The notes: a model not told the origin generated them from the letters alone. A stretch of DNA of 63,880 bases, filler included, from Vicugna vicugna (GCA_013265495.1; 77 parts of 74 records of this genome joined end to end with filler, not necessarily neighbours in it), one strand, 5' to 3'; positions 23,870 to 36,168 are shown, numbered from the whole stretch's first letter. Made by a program: numbers and translations.

Positions 23870-24275
23870 TTCTGACTGGTGTGAGGTGATACCTCATTGT
23901 AGTTTTGATTTAGAAATGCAACTGATTTTTGAACGTTACTCTTGTATCCTGCTACCTTGCTGAATTCTTCGATCAGCTCTAGTAGTTTTGTGTGGACCTT
24001 TTAGGGTTTTCTATATATAGTAACCTATCATTGGGATATAGTGACACTTTTACCTCTTCTTTTCCAATTTGGATCCCTTTTATTTCTCTCTCTTGCCTGA
24101 TTGCTGTGGCTAGGACATCCAAGACTATGTTGAATAGGAGTGGTGATAGTGGGCAGCCATGTCTTGTCCCAGATTTTAGTGGGAAGCTTTTGAGTTTTTC
24201 ACCATTGAGTGCTATGCTGTCTGATCTGTAAGTCTGTCATATATAGCTTTTATGATGTTGAGATATGTTCCCTCT
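23870..24275 (-). mobile_element. LINE-1 ORF2 fragment
   Basis: TTGTATCCTGCTACCTTGCTGAATTC ... CTATGTTGAATAGGAGTGGTGA (antisense of the PLLFNIV motif). Confidence 0.92.
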
Positions 24276-24375
24276 NNNNNNNNNNNNNNNNNNNNNNNNN
24301 NNNNNNNNNNNNNNNNNNNTTAATTAATTAANNNNNNNNNNNNNNNNNNNNNNNNNNNNNNNNNNNNNNNNNNNN

Positions 24376-26596
24376 TCCCCAACTTGGAACACCTGTGCCC
24401 CCATAAAGATGTGTGGAATCAGTTTCCCCACCTCAAGCACACAAACGGAGACGTACTGAGGTATCATAAGTGTGTGGAAGTTCCTCCAAATGACAGCAGC
24501 ATCTAGGTTCAATACAATCCCTTAGCTTGTCTTCCGTGATGGCATGCCCTGCCAGGAGTGCGGGAGAAATTGGAGGTTGGGCTCTAAAACGAAGTATTAG
24601 CGAGTGCCTATCCATGGGATGTGGAGNNNNNNNNNNNNNNNNNNNNNNNNNNNNNNNNNNNNNNNNNNNNNNNNNNNNNNNNNNNNNNNNNNNNNNNNNN
24701 NNNNNNNNNNNNNNNNNNNNNNNNNNNNNNNNNNNNNNNNNNNNNNNNNNNNNNNNNNNNNNNNNNNNNNNNNNNNNNNNNNNNNNNNNNNNNNNNNNNN
24801 NNNNNNNNNNNNNNNNNNNNNNNNNNNNNNNNNNNNNNNNNNNNNNNNNNNNNNNNNNNNNNNNNNNNNNNNNNNNNNNNNNNNNNNNNNNNNNNNNNNN
24901 NNNNNNNNNNNNNNNNNNNNNNNNNNNNNNNNNNNNNNNNNNNNNNNNNNNNNNNNNNNNNNNNNNNNNNNNNNNNNNNNNNNNNNNNNNNNNNNNNNNN
25001 NNNNNNNNNNNNNNNNNNNNNNNNNNNNNNNNNNNNNNNNNNNNNNNNNNNNNNNNNNNNNNNNNNNNNNNNNNNNNNNNNNNNNNNNNNNNNNNNNNNN
25101 NNNNNNNNNNNNNNNNNNNNNNNNNNNNNNNNNNNNNNNNNNNNNNNNNNNNNNNNNNNNNNNNNNNNNNNNNNNNNNNNNNNNNNNNNNNNNNNNNNNN
25201 NNNNNNNNNNNNNNNNNNNNNNNNNNNNNNNNNNNNNNNNNNNNNNNNNNNNNNNNNNNNNNNNNNNNNNNNNNNNNNNNNNNNNNNNNNNNNNNNNNNN
25301 NNNNNNNNNNNNNNNNNNNNNNNNNNNNNNNNNNNNNNNNNNNNNNNNNNNNNNNNNNNNNNNNNNNNNNNNNNNNNNNNNNNNNNNNNNNNNNNNNNNN
25401 NNNNNNNNNNNNNNNNNNNNNNNNNNNNNNNNNNNNNNNNNNNNNNNNNNNNNNNNNNNNNNNNNNNNNNNNNNNNNNNNNNNNNNNNNNNNNNNNNNNN
25501 NNNNNNNNNNNNNNNNNNNNNNNNNNNNNNNNNNNNNNNNNNNNNNNNNNNNNNNNNNNNNNNNNNNNTAAGTGTTTTCCTAGGCCTAGCAGTGAGCGAT
25601 GGTGGGGGATGGGCTCTAAAGCCAAGTATTAGAGAGTGCAACTCTGTGGGCAGTGGAGGGTTTGAAACTACTTCCCCAACCTTGGAACACCTGTGCCCCC
25701 ATAAAGATGAGTGGACACTTTTTCGCCCCTGCAGCACACACACGGAGACGTTGTCAGGTATCCTGATAGTGGGGAGGCTCCTCCACATGATAGCAGCGCC
25801 TGGGTTCTAAAAGAATCCCATAGATTGTTTTCCATGAGTGTTACCCTAAGCCGGGCTTAGAGGGAAAGCTGGGAGTTTGGCTTGGTGGCCAAGTAGCAGC
25901 AACTGCCCCCCGATGGAATGTGGAAGTATTTAGAGGACTTCTCCCTAATGGGGAACAAGTGTGACCCCATTCATCTACTTGGATTTTGGCTCCACATNNN
26001 NNNNNNNNNNNNNNNNNNNNNNNNNNNNNNNNNNNNNNNNNNNNNNNNNNNNNNNNNNNNNNNNNNNNNNNNNNNNNNNNNNNNNNNNNNNNNNNNNNNN
26101 NNNNNNNNNNNNNNNNNNNNNNNNNNNNNNNNNNNNNNNNNNNNNNNNNNNNNNNNNNNNNNNNNNNNNNNNNNNNNNNNNNNNNNNNNNNNNNNNNNNN
26201 NNNNNNNNNNNNNNNNNNNNNNNNNNNNNNNNNNNNNNNNNNNNNNNNNNNNNNNNNNNNNNNNNNNNNNNNNNNNNNNNNNNNNNNNNNNNNNNNNNNN
26301 NNNNNNNNNNNNNNNNNNNNNNNNNNNNNNNNNNNNNNNNNNNNNNNNNNNNNNNNNNNNNNNNNNNNNNNNNNNNNNNNNNNNNNNNNNNNNNNNNNNN
26401 NNNNNNNNNNNNNNNNNNNNNNNNNNNNNNNNNNNNNNNNNNNNNNNNNNNNNNNNNNNNNNNNNNNNNNNNNNNNACACCTGTGCTGAAAATGCGCGGA
26501 ATATCTTTCCCTCCTCCAGAACACACACGAAGACTTTCAGGTATCCTTAGATTGGGGGGCTCCTCAATATGACAGCAGCGTCTGGGTTCTAATAGA
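24376..26596 (-). repeat. SatD (three islands separated by gaps)
   Basis: TGACAGCAGC(A/G)(T/C)CT(A/G)GGTTC and GGAACACCTGTGCCCCCATAAAGATG motifs; 25569-25860 matches the reverse complement of 32841-33125. Confidence 0.92.
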
Positions 26597-26696
26597 NNNN
26601 NNNNNNNNNNNNNNNNNNNNNNNNNNNNNNNNNNNNNNNNTTAATTAATTAANNNNNNNNNNNNNNNNNNNNNNNNNNNNNNNNNNNNNNNNNNNN

Positions 26697-28171
26697 GGGG
26701 AGCTCGAGAGACAACTCCACGCAGGTCTGTTCAGTCACAGGAATTTCCAGTTCGGGAATGTCCGAGAAATAACTTCCCTGTCCTTGGGGAGGCAGCCTCG
26801 GTCCATTTGATGCCCTGCAATCACCCCTAGCATTCCCTGGCACAGAGACATTAGGAAAATCCTCAGGGGAGACGACCTTAGGCATTCCGTTAGAACCCAC
26901 GCGCTGCCGACCGTTGGTGGAACCTCCCCACGCTNNNNNNNNNNNNNNNNNNNNNNNNNNNNNNNNNNNNNNNNNNNNNNNNNNNNNNNNNNNNNNNNNN
27001 NNNNNNNNNNNNNNNNNNNNNNNNNNNNNNNNNNNNNNNNNNNNNNNNNNNNNNNNNNNNNNNNNNNNNNNNNNNNNNNNNNNNNNNNNNNNNNNNNNNN
27101 NNNNNNNNNNNNNNNNNNNNNNNNNNNNNNNNNNNNNNNNNNNNNNNNNNNNNNNNNNNNNNNNNNNNNNNNNNNNNNNNNNNNNNNNNNNNNNNNNNNN
27201 NNNNNNNNNNNNNNNNNNNNNNNNNNNNNNNNNNNNNNNNNNNNNNNNNNNNNNNNNNNNNNNNNNNNNNNNNNNNNNNNNNNNNNNNNNNNNNNNNNNN
27301 NNNNNNNNNNNNNNNNNNNNNNNNNNNNNNNNNNNNNNNNNNNNNNNNNNNNNNNNNNNNAGCATTCCCTGGCAGAGAGACATCAGGAAGACCCTCAGGG
27401 GAGATGAGCTTAGGCTTTCCGTTAGAACCCACGTGCTGCCGAAAGTTGGTGGAACATTCCCACGCTCAGGATTACGGAAGAGTTGTCAGTGCGCGGGGGA
27501 GCTCGAGAGACAACTCCACGCAGCTCTCTTCAGTCACAGGTGTTCCCTGTTCGGGGAAGTCCGAGAAATACCTTCCCTGACCTTGGGGAGGCAGCCTCTG
27601 TCACTGGGATNNNNNNNNNNNNNNNNNNNNNNNNNNNNNNNNNNNNNNNNNNNNNNNNNNNNNNNNNNNNNNNNNNNNNNNNNNNNNNNNNNNNNNNNNN
27701 NNNNNNNNNNNNNNNNNNNNNNNNNNNNNNNNNNNNNNNNNNNNNNNNNNNNNNNNNNNNNNNNNNNNNNNNNNNNNNNNNNNNNNNNNNNNNNNNNNNN
27801 NNNNNNNNNNNNNNNNNNNNNNNNNNNNNNNNNNNNNNNNNNNNNNNNNNNNNNNNNNNNNNNNNNNNNNNNNNNNNNNNNNNNNNNNNNNNNNNNNNNN
27901 NNNNNNNNNNNNNNNNNNNNNNNNNNNNNNNNNNNNNNNNNNNNNNNNNNNNNNNNNNNNNNNNNNNNNNNNNNNNNNNNNNNNNNNNNNNNNNNNNNNN
28001 NNNNNNNNNNNNNNNNNNNNNNNNNNNNNNNNNNNNNNNNNNNNNNNNNNNNNNNNNAGGTGTTCCCGGGGAAGTCCGAGAAATAACTTCCCTGACCTTG
28101 GGGAGGCAGACTCGGTCCCTTTGATGCCCTGAAATCACCCCTAGCATTCCCTGGCACAGAGACATTAGGAA
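26697..28171 (+). repeat. SatA
   Basis: Three islands each matching the 267-bp unit. Confidence 0.95.
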
Positions 28172-28271
28172 NNNNNNNNNNNNNNNNNNNNNNNNNNNNN
28201 NNNNNNNNNNNNNNNTTAATTAATTAANNNNNNNNNNNNNNNNNNNNNNNNNNNNNNNNNNNNNNNNNNNN

Positions 28272-29404
28272 CATTCCGGGTTCCATACATGCTACATGCA
28301 TGACGGATTCGGCAATGATGCATTTGTGACTTGTGAGCATGTGGATTACTGAACTTTCATCCACCATACAATGCGTATATACACTTAGAATTACTTACTT
28401 TGACTTCATAGATTTTTCTATCACCAGGGTCTAAAACCGGACATCTGGCACCAGAAAACACTCTTTGAGCGAATTCTCACCAATACACATGTAATTTACA
28501 TTGTTTACATAACCATGGCATTCCGTATTACAAACATGTTTCATGCATCACGGATTCTTCAAACTTGAATTTCTGNNNNNNNNNNNNNNNNNNNNNNNNN
28601 NNNNNNNNNNNNNNNNNNNNNNNNNNNNNNNNNNNNNNNNNNNNNNNNNNNNNNNNNNNNNNNNNNNNNNNNNNNNNNNNNNNNNNNNNNNNNNNNNNNN
28701 NNNNNNNNNNNNNNNNNNNNNNNNNNNNNNNNNNNNNNNNNNNNNNNNNNNNNNNNNNNNNNNNNNNNNNNNNNNNNNNNNNNNNNNNNNNNNNNNNNNN
28801 NNNNNNNNNNNNNNNNNNNNNNNNNNNNNNNNNNNNNNNNNNNNNNNNNNNNNNNNNNNNNNNNNNNNNNNNNNNNNNNNNNNNNNNNNNNNNNNNNNNN
28901 NNNNNNNNNNNNNNNNNNNNNNNNNCCAGGTTCGAATTCGTGCATTTTTCACAGAAAAATAGTTCTGGAGCGATTTCCACCTAACAGATATGTAATTTAC
29001 ATGTATTCCAACAACATGGCATTCCGGGTTCCGTACATGCTACATGTATGACGGATTTGGCAATCATGTATTTCTGACTTTTGAGCATTGGATTACAGAC
29101 CTTTCACCCTCCGAGCAAGGCGTATATAGACTTAGAATTATTTACTCTGACTTCATAGGTTTTTCCTATCACCAGGTTCTAAAATCGGACATTTGGCACC
29201 AGAAAACTCTCTTTGAGCGAATTCTCACCAATACACATGTAATTTACATTGTTTACATAACCGTGGAATTCCGTATTACTAGCATGTTTCAGGCATCACG
29301 GATTCCTCAAACATACAATTCTGAGTTGTGAACAAGCACATGAATGATATTTCAATCAACAAACATGTTACCTATGCACTATGAAATATTTACTTTGACT
29401 TTGT
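28272..29404 (+). repeat. SatB
   Basis: CATTCCGGGTTCC(A/G)TACATGCTACATG at 28272 and 29020, about one trimer apart across an estimated gap. Confidence 0.95.
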
Positions 29405-29504
29405 NNNNNNNNNNNNNNNNNNNNNNNNNNNNNNNNNNNNNNNNNNNNTTAATTAATTAANNNNNNNNNNNNNNNNNNNNNNNNNNNNNNNNNNNNNNNN
29501 NNNN

Positions 29505-30027
29505 GCAATCCCTATCAAATTATCCAGGACATATTTCACAGAACTAGAAAAAATTGTAATAAAATTTATATGGAATCGCAAAAGACCTAGAATTGCCAAA
29601 GCATTACTGAAGAAAAAGAATAAGGCTGGACGAATAATCCTCCCAGACTTTAGACAATACTACAGAGCTACAGTGATCAAAACAGCATGGTATTGGCATA
29701 AAAACAGACATAAGGATCGATGGAAGAGAATACAGAGCCCAGAAATGAGCCCATAAACTTTTGATCAATTAACTTTAACAAAGGAGGCAAGAATATACAA
29801 TGGAATAAAGACAATCTCTTCAGTAAATGGTGTTGGGAAAACTGGAAAACTGGACAGCATAAATCAATGAAGCTAGAACACTCCCTTACACCATACACAA
29901 AAATAAACTTAAAATGGATTAAAGACTTAAACTTAAGGCAAGACACAATAAACCTCCTAGAAGAAAATACAGCAAAACATTCTCTCACATATATCTCAAA
30001 AATGTTCTAGGGCAGCCTACCCAAGAA
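29505..30027 (+). mobile_element. LINE-1 ORF2 fragment
   Basis: GCAATCCCTATCAAA ... TACTACAGAGCTACAGTGATCAAAACAGCATGGTATTGG ([13 protein letters not shown]). Confidence 0.95.
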
Positions 30028-30127
30028 NNNNNNNNNNNNNNNNNNNNNNNNNNNNNNNNNNNNNNNNNNNNTTAATTAATTAANNNNNNNNNNNNNNNNN
30101 NNNNNNNNNNNNNNNNNNNNNNNNNNN

Positions 30128-30617
30128 CTATTGCTAGGTCATCCCATACTGTGTTTAATAGAAATGGTTAGATTTATTTTATTCCTTGTTTTATTCCTTA
30201 ATTTGGCTTTCAGTTTTCCCTTTTGCATATTGTGTTGTCTGTGGTTCTGTAAATAATGACTTTGGTTATGTTGAGATATATTTCTTGAATCCTACTTTGG
30301 TAAGTGTTTTCTGTTGTTGTTGCTGTTGTTATTGTTGTTGTTGTTGTTGTTGTTGCTGCCTTAATGAATAAATGTTGAATTTTGTGAAATGTATTAATGG
30401 ATTTATTGAGGTGACCATGTAGTTTTCTCTTTTTCTTTTGTTAATGTGGTGTATCAAACTGATTGATTTGTGTATGTTGAACCACTCTTGTGACCCTGCA
30501 ATGAATCCAAGTTGATCATGGTGTATGATATATTTTAGGTATTGCTGGATTTAGAATTGCTAATAATAATTCGTAGAATTTTTGCATGTAAATCTATCAA
30601 ATATAATGGCTTCAATT
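30128..30617 (-). mobile_element. LINE-1 ORF2 fragment containing a (GTT)n microsatellite at ~30312-30360
   Basis: TGTTGAATTTTGTGAAATG ... ATGTTGAACCACTCTTG ... TTGATCATGGTGTATGAT; TGTTGTTGC run. Confidence 0.85.
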
Positions 30618-30717
30618 NNNNNNNNNNNNNNNNNNNNNNNNNNNNNNNNNNNNNNNNNNNNTTAATTAATTAANNNNNNNNNNNNNNNNNNNNNNNNNNN
30701 NNNNNNNNNNNNNNNNN

Positions 30718-31554
30718 ATTTCAGAACCCAGAGTTTAGAAATGGAATGCAGAACACAGAATAGAGAATAGAGATTACAGTACCAAGAATTTAGTCATGGA
30801 TTGCAGAATATAGAATATAGAATATAGAATACAGAATATAAAATATAGGATATAGAATGTAGAACACAGAATATAGAATATAGAATGCAGTATACAGAAT
30901 ACAGAATTTAGAACATGCGATTCAGAACAAAGAATTTAGAATAGAAAGTACAGAATACAGAATTAACAATGTAGAATATAGAATGTAGAACACAGAATAT
31001 AGAATACAGAATACAGAACAGAATATAGGATGAAGAACACAGAAAGCAGAATACAGAATTTAGAACATGGAATGCAGAACACAATTTAGAATATAGAATA
31101 CAGAATGCAGAATATCGAATGTAGAATATAGAATGTAGTACACAGAATATAGAATATAGAATACAGAATACAAAACGCAGAATATAGAACATGTATTCAG
31201 AACACAGAATATAGATTGAAAGTAGACAATAGAATGTAGAACAAAGAATATTGTATACAAAATACAGAATGCAGAACTCAGAATTTAGAACAAGGAATTC
31301 AGAACTCAGTATATAGAATATACAATACAATATACAGAATACAGAATATAGAATGTAGATTATAGAATGTAGAACACAGAATATAGTATATAGAATACAT
31401 AATACAAAATGAAGAATTTAGAGCATAGAATTCAGAACACAGAATCTCGAATATAGAATACAGAAATAGAATGTAGCATATACAAATTAGAACAAAGAAT
31501 AAAGAATACAGTATACAGAATGCAGAATGTAGAATACAGAATATAGAACACAGA
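30718..31554 (+). repeat. 7-bp satellite
   Basis: Gap-free 837 bp, almost entirely in heptamer phase. Confidence 0.96.
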
Positions 31555-31654
31555 NNNNNNNNNNNNNNNNNNNNNNNNNNNNNNNNNNNNNNNNNNNNTT
31601 AATTAATTAANNNNNNNNNNNNNNNNNNNNNNNNNNNNNNNNNNNNNNNNNNNN

Positions 31655-32239
31655 AAGAAACCAAAGGGTCAATGAAGAAATCAAAGCTGAAATGAAAATA
31701 TACCTTGAGAAAAAAGAAAATGAAAGCAAAACCACACTAAATTTATGGGCCACAGCAAAAGCAGTGTTGAGAGAGGAGTTTAAAGCGATACAGGCCTTCC
31801 TCAAAAGAGAAGAACAATCACAAATTAACAATTTTACCCACCAGCAGAATGAACTAGAAAAAGAAGAACAAAAAACCACAAAGGCTGCAGAAGGAAGGAA
31901 ATCATAAATAATGGGGAGGAAATAAAATATATAGTGTTTAAAAAGACCCTAGGAAAATAATCAACCAATCCAAAGGCTGCTTTTTCGAAAAAGCTAGTAA
32001 AAATCCAAAGGCTGCTTTTTCGAAAAAGCTAGTAAAATCGAGAAACCACTGGCCAAACTCAAAAATAAGAAAAGAGAGAGAGCACAAATATGGAAAATAA
32101 GAAAGGAGAATGGAGAATTTACAAACTAATATAATATTAAAACAGAATATCATACAAGAAAATTATGAAAAGTTTATGGAAACAAACTGGATATCCTAGA
32201 GGAAATGGACACATTTGTGGAAACATACTGTCCACCAAA
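31655..32239 (+). mobile_element. LINE-1 ORF2 (post-endonuclease region), decayed
   Basis: ORF 31692-31907 NLWATAKAVLREEFKAIQAFLK...ELEKEEQ matches L1 ORF2p (NLWD..KAV.RG.FIA...ELEK.EQ). Confidence 0.93.
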
Positions 32240-32339
32240 NNNNNNNNNNNNNNNNNNNNNNNNNNNNNNNNNNNNNNNNNNNNTTAATTAATTAANNNNN
32301 NNNNNNNNNNNNNNNNNNNNNNNNNNNNNNNNNNNNNNN

Positions 32340-32740
32340 CAGGGGTTCCCCGGTAGGGGAATTCCCTAAGTAATTCCTCAGTCACTTGGTTGGCACAAGC
32401 AGCTACTTGGCCTCCAAACACAACCCCAAGCTTTCGCTCGCAGCCCGGCCTAGGGAAACAATCAGGGAATACAAGCTGAGTTATTCTATTTGAACGCAGG
32501 CGCTGCTGTCATTTGGAGGAACTTCCACACACTCAGGATTCCGGATCCCAGCCTTGTGTGNNNNNNNNNNNNNNNNNNNNNNNNNNNNNNNNNNNNNNNN
32601 NNNNNNNNNNNNNCACACTCAGGAGAAATCTTCTTCATGTGTGTGCTGGATGTGGGGAAACAGAGTCCACGCATATTTCAAGGAGCACAGGTGTTCCCAG
32701 GTGGTGGGTTTTTGGTTAAGAACCTCCACTTCCCTTCCCA
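32340..32740 (+). repeat. SatD
   Basis: GGCGCTGCTGTCATTTGGAGGAACTTCCACACACTCAGGA motif. Confidence 0.9.
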
Positions 32741-32840
32741 NNNNNNNNNNNNNNNNNNNNNNNNNNNNNNNNNNNNNNNNNNNNTTAATTAATTAANNNN
32801 NNNNNNNNNNNNNNNNNNNNNNNNNNNNNNNNNNNNNNNN

Positions 32841-33407
32841 CCCGGCCTAGGGAAACACTCAAGGAAAACAATCTAAGGGATTCTATTAGAACCCAGGCGC
32901 TGCTGTCATTTGGAGGAGCCTCCCCACTATCAGGATACCTGACCACGTCTCCGTGTGTGTGCTGCAGGGGGGAAACAGAGTCCACTCATTTTTATGGGGG
33001 CACAGGTGTTCCAAGGTTGGGGAAGAACTTTCAAACCCTCCACTGCCCACAGAGATGCACTCTCTATTAATTGGCTTTAGAGCCCATCCCCCACCATCGC
33101 TCACTGCTAGGCCTAGGAAAACACTTAGGGAAGTCAAGCTAAGGGATTCTACTCGAACCCAGGTGCTGCTGTCAGTTGGAGGAACCTCCCCACACTCAGA
33201 ACACCAGAACACTTCTTCGTGTGTGTGCTGGATGTAGGGAAACAGAGTCACAGCCTCTTTCATGGGGCACAGTTATTCCGTGGTGGTTGTTTTTTAGGTT
33301 AAACACCCACAACTCATGAATAGGCTCTCGCTAATACTTGGTTTAGAGCCCATTCCCAAATATCCCCCGCACACCGGTCATGGCAAGCCATCATGGAAGA
33401 CCAGTTA
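32841..33407 (+). repeat. SatD, gap-free ~2 monomers
   Basis: GAACCCAGG(C/T)GCTGCTGTCA(T/G)TTGGAGGA at ~32889 and ~33155. Confidence 0.93.
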
Positions 33408-33507
33408 NNNNNNNNNNNNNNNNNNNNNNNNNNNNNNNNNNNNNNNNNNNNTTAATTAATTAANNNNNNNNNNNNNNNNNNNNNNNNNNNNNNNNNNNNN
33501 NNNNNNN

Positions 33508-33982
33508 TTACTGACCTTTCATCCACCAAACAGGGCGTATATAAACTAAGAAGTATTTAGTCTCACGTCATAGATTTTTCTATCACCAGGTTCTAAAATA
33601 GGACATTTGGCACCAAAAAACACTCTTTGAGCGAATTCTCACAAATACACCTGTAATTTACATTGTTTTCATAACCATGGCATTCCGTATTACGAACATG
33701 ATTCATGCATCACTGATTCCTCAAGAATTTCTGAGTTGTGAACATGTGCCTGACTGAAGTTTCAAACACCCAACAAGTTACCTATGCACTTTGATATATT
33801 TATTTTTACTTCGAAGTTTTTTCCTATCACCAGAATCAAGAATCACACTTTGATCCCAAAAAAACACTCTTGGAGCGAATTCTACCCTAGAGATATATAT
33901 TTTGAATAGATTCCATCTATATTATATTCCGTGTCCCTTACATGCTACATACATGACTGATTTGAAAAACATGCATTCCTGA
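33508..33982 (+). repeat. SatB
   Basis: Two consecutive subunits with GAGCGAATTCT. Confidence 0.93.
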
Positions 33983-34769
33983 NNNNNNNNNNNNNNNNNN
34001 NNNNNNNNNNNNNNNNNNNNNNNNNNTTAATTAATTAANNNNNNNNNNNNNNNNNNNNNNNNNNNNNNNNNNNNNNNNNNNNACTGCACCGCGCCTGCCT
34101 CTCAGGAAACCACTGGCTTGAAAACAAATGATCCACGAACCTGGGACAGCGGCAGGGAGATGGGCAGCGACCTGGCAAGCTGGTCGACTTGCCCCCATCT
34201 TCCCCACGGCCTGTCAAGGGCTCGGCCTCTGCTGCTCCAGGCACGGTCCCCAGGTCAGCCTGCTCCCGGGAAGAGGGCGCGGTGTGGTCGAAGGGAGTGG
34301 CGGGTTATGGAGTCTGACCATGGGGGCCCGTGGATTTGCTTCAAACTCCCCAGCGCATGGCCTGAGCTTGGCCTCTGCTGCCTCAGGTTCGTGGAACTCA
34401 GGTTACAGGTCAGCCTGCTCCTGGAAGGCGGGTGCTGTGCTGTCAGGGAAAGGTGGCGGCTGCTATGGCGGGATTGGGGCTGCCCTNNNNNNNNNNNNNN
34501 NNNNNNNNNNNNNNNNNNNNNNNNNNNNNNNNNNNNNNNNNNNNNNNNNNNNNNNNNNNNNNNNNNNNNNNNNNNNNNNNNNNNNNNNNNNNNNNNNNNN
34601 NNNNNNNNNNNNNNNNNNNNNNNNNNNNNNNNNNNNNNNNNNNNNNNNNNNNNNNNNNNNNNNNNNNNNNNNNNNNNNNNNNNNNNNNNNNNNNNNNNNN
34701 NNNNNNNNNNNNNNNNNNNNNNNNNNNNNNNNNNNNNNNNNNNNNNNNNNNNNNNNNNNNNNNNNNNNN

Positions 34770-35186
34770 CTCCCGGGGCTGTACCTGCTCTCCTAAACCC
34801 GGGTATAACCGGCGGTAAAAATGCGGTGTTCAGGAACTACTAATTCCGGGGTTCCCACGAACCACAGCAGCGGCTGGGACCCGCCTCAGGGTCCTAACGG
34901 GACGCGCAGCCGGGACCTCACCTCCGCACCCCTCCCTGGGCGTCTCTTCAGCCGCACAGCCCAGGCGTCACCCGCCGGCTCCCCGAGCAGCGCGCCCCCA
35001 CCAGCGCCCTCTTAACTGTCCGGCAGCGGCAGCCGAGCCGCGGGCAAGCGGCGGCCCAGGCCCCAGGCCGTGTTCCTCTTCCAGGAGCTGGTCCAGGAGC
35101 AACCGACTGCCGCCAGCTTCCACGCGTTCTGGGTGGGTTCTGGCGTCCGCACGTCTGCCCGTCTGCGCGTGCGCGCCCCTCCTCCT
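34770..35186 (-). promoter_or_regulatory. CpG-island-like segment with candidate non-coding first exon on the minus strand
   Basis: Very CpG-dense; NRF1-like TGCGCGTGCGCG at 35164-35175; minus-strand donor GAG|GTGAGG at 34916-34921. Gene not identifiable. Confidence 0.55.
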
Positions 35187-35286
35187 NNNNNNNNNNNNNN
35201 NNNNNNNNNNNNNNNNNNNNNNNNNNNNNNTTAATTAATTAANNNNNNNNNNNNNNNNNNNNNNNNNNNNNNNNNNNNNNNNNNNN

Positions 35287-36068
35287 ACAGATATGTAACT
35301 TACAGGAGTACCATCAACATGGCATTCGGGGATCCGTGCATGATACATGCATGACGGATTCAGCAAACATGCGTTTCTGACTAATGAGCATGTGGATTAC
35401 TGTCTTTCATCCACCAAACAAGGCATATATACACTTAGAATATTTACTCTGACTTCATATTTCTTTTCTATCACCAGGTTTTAAAATCGGACAATTGGCA
35501 CCGGAAAAAACTCTTTGAGCNNNNNNNNNNNNNNNNNNNNNNNNNNNNNNNNNNNNNNNNNNNNNNNNNNNNNNNNNNNNNNNNNNNNNNNNNNNNNNNN
35601 NNNNNNNNNNNNNNNNNNNNNNNNNNNNNNNNNNNNNNNNNNNNNNNNNNNNNNNNNNNNNNNNNNNNNNNNNNNNNNNNNNNNNNNNNNNNNNNNNNNN
35701 NNNNNNNNNNNNNNNNNNNNNNNNNNNNNNNNNNNNNNNNNNNNNNNNNNNNNNNNNNNNNNNNNNNNNNNNNNNNNNNNNNNNNNNNNNNNNNNNNNNN
35801 NNNNNNNNNNNNNNNNNNNNNNNNNNNNNNNNNNNNNNNGAACATGTTGCATGCATGACGGATTAGACAAACATGCATTCCGGAGTTGAGAGCATGTCGA
35901 TTACTTATCTTTCATCCTCTTTAAAAGGATTGTTTTCATCTACACACGTGTACTCTCTTCACAAGTTTCCCTAAAACCAGTTACGTATTCGTGCGTCTTT
36001 CACAGACAAATACTTCTGGAGCAATTCCCACCAAACAGATATGTAATTTACATGAATTCCATCAACAT
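35287..36068 (+). repeat. SatB
   Basis: ACAGATATGTAA at 35287 and ~36035, about one trimer apart across an estimated gap. Confidence 0.93.
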
Positions 36069-36168
36069 NNNNNNNNNNNNNNNNNNNNNNNNNNNNNNNN
36101 NNNNNNNNNNNNTTAATTAATTAANNNNNNNNNNNNNNNNNNNNNNNNNNNNNNNNNNNNNNNNNNNN

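Noticed and set aside
30186..30371. Poly-Cys ORF (metallothionein-like)
   Set aside because: It is a (TGT)n microsatellite inside antisense L1.
30908..31330. Hydrophobic Tyr/Ile/Leu/Phe/Cys-rich ORFs (also 1220-1888, 8509-8913, 41399-41811)
   Set aside because: These are translations of the TATTCTA heptamer satellite, not membrane proteins.
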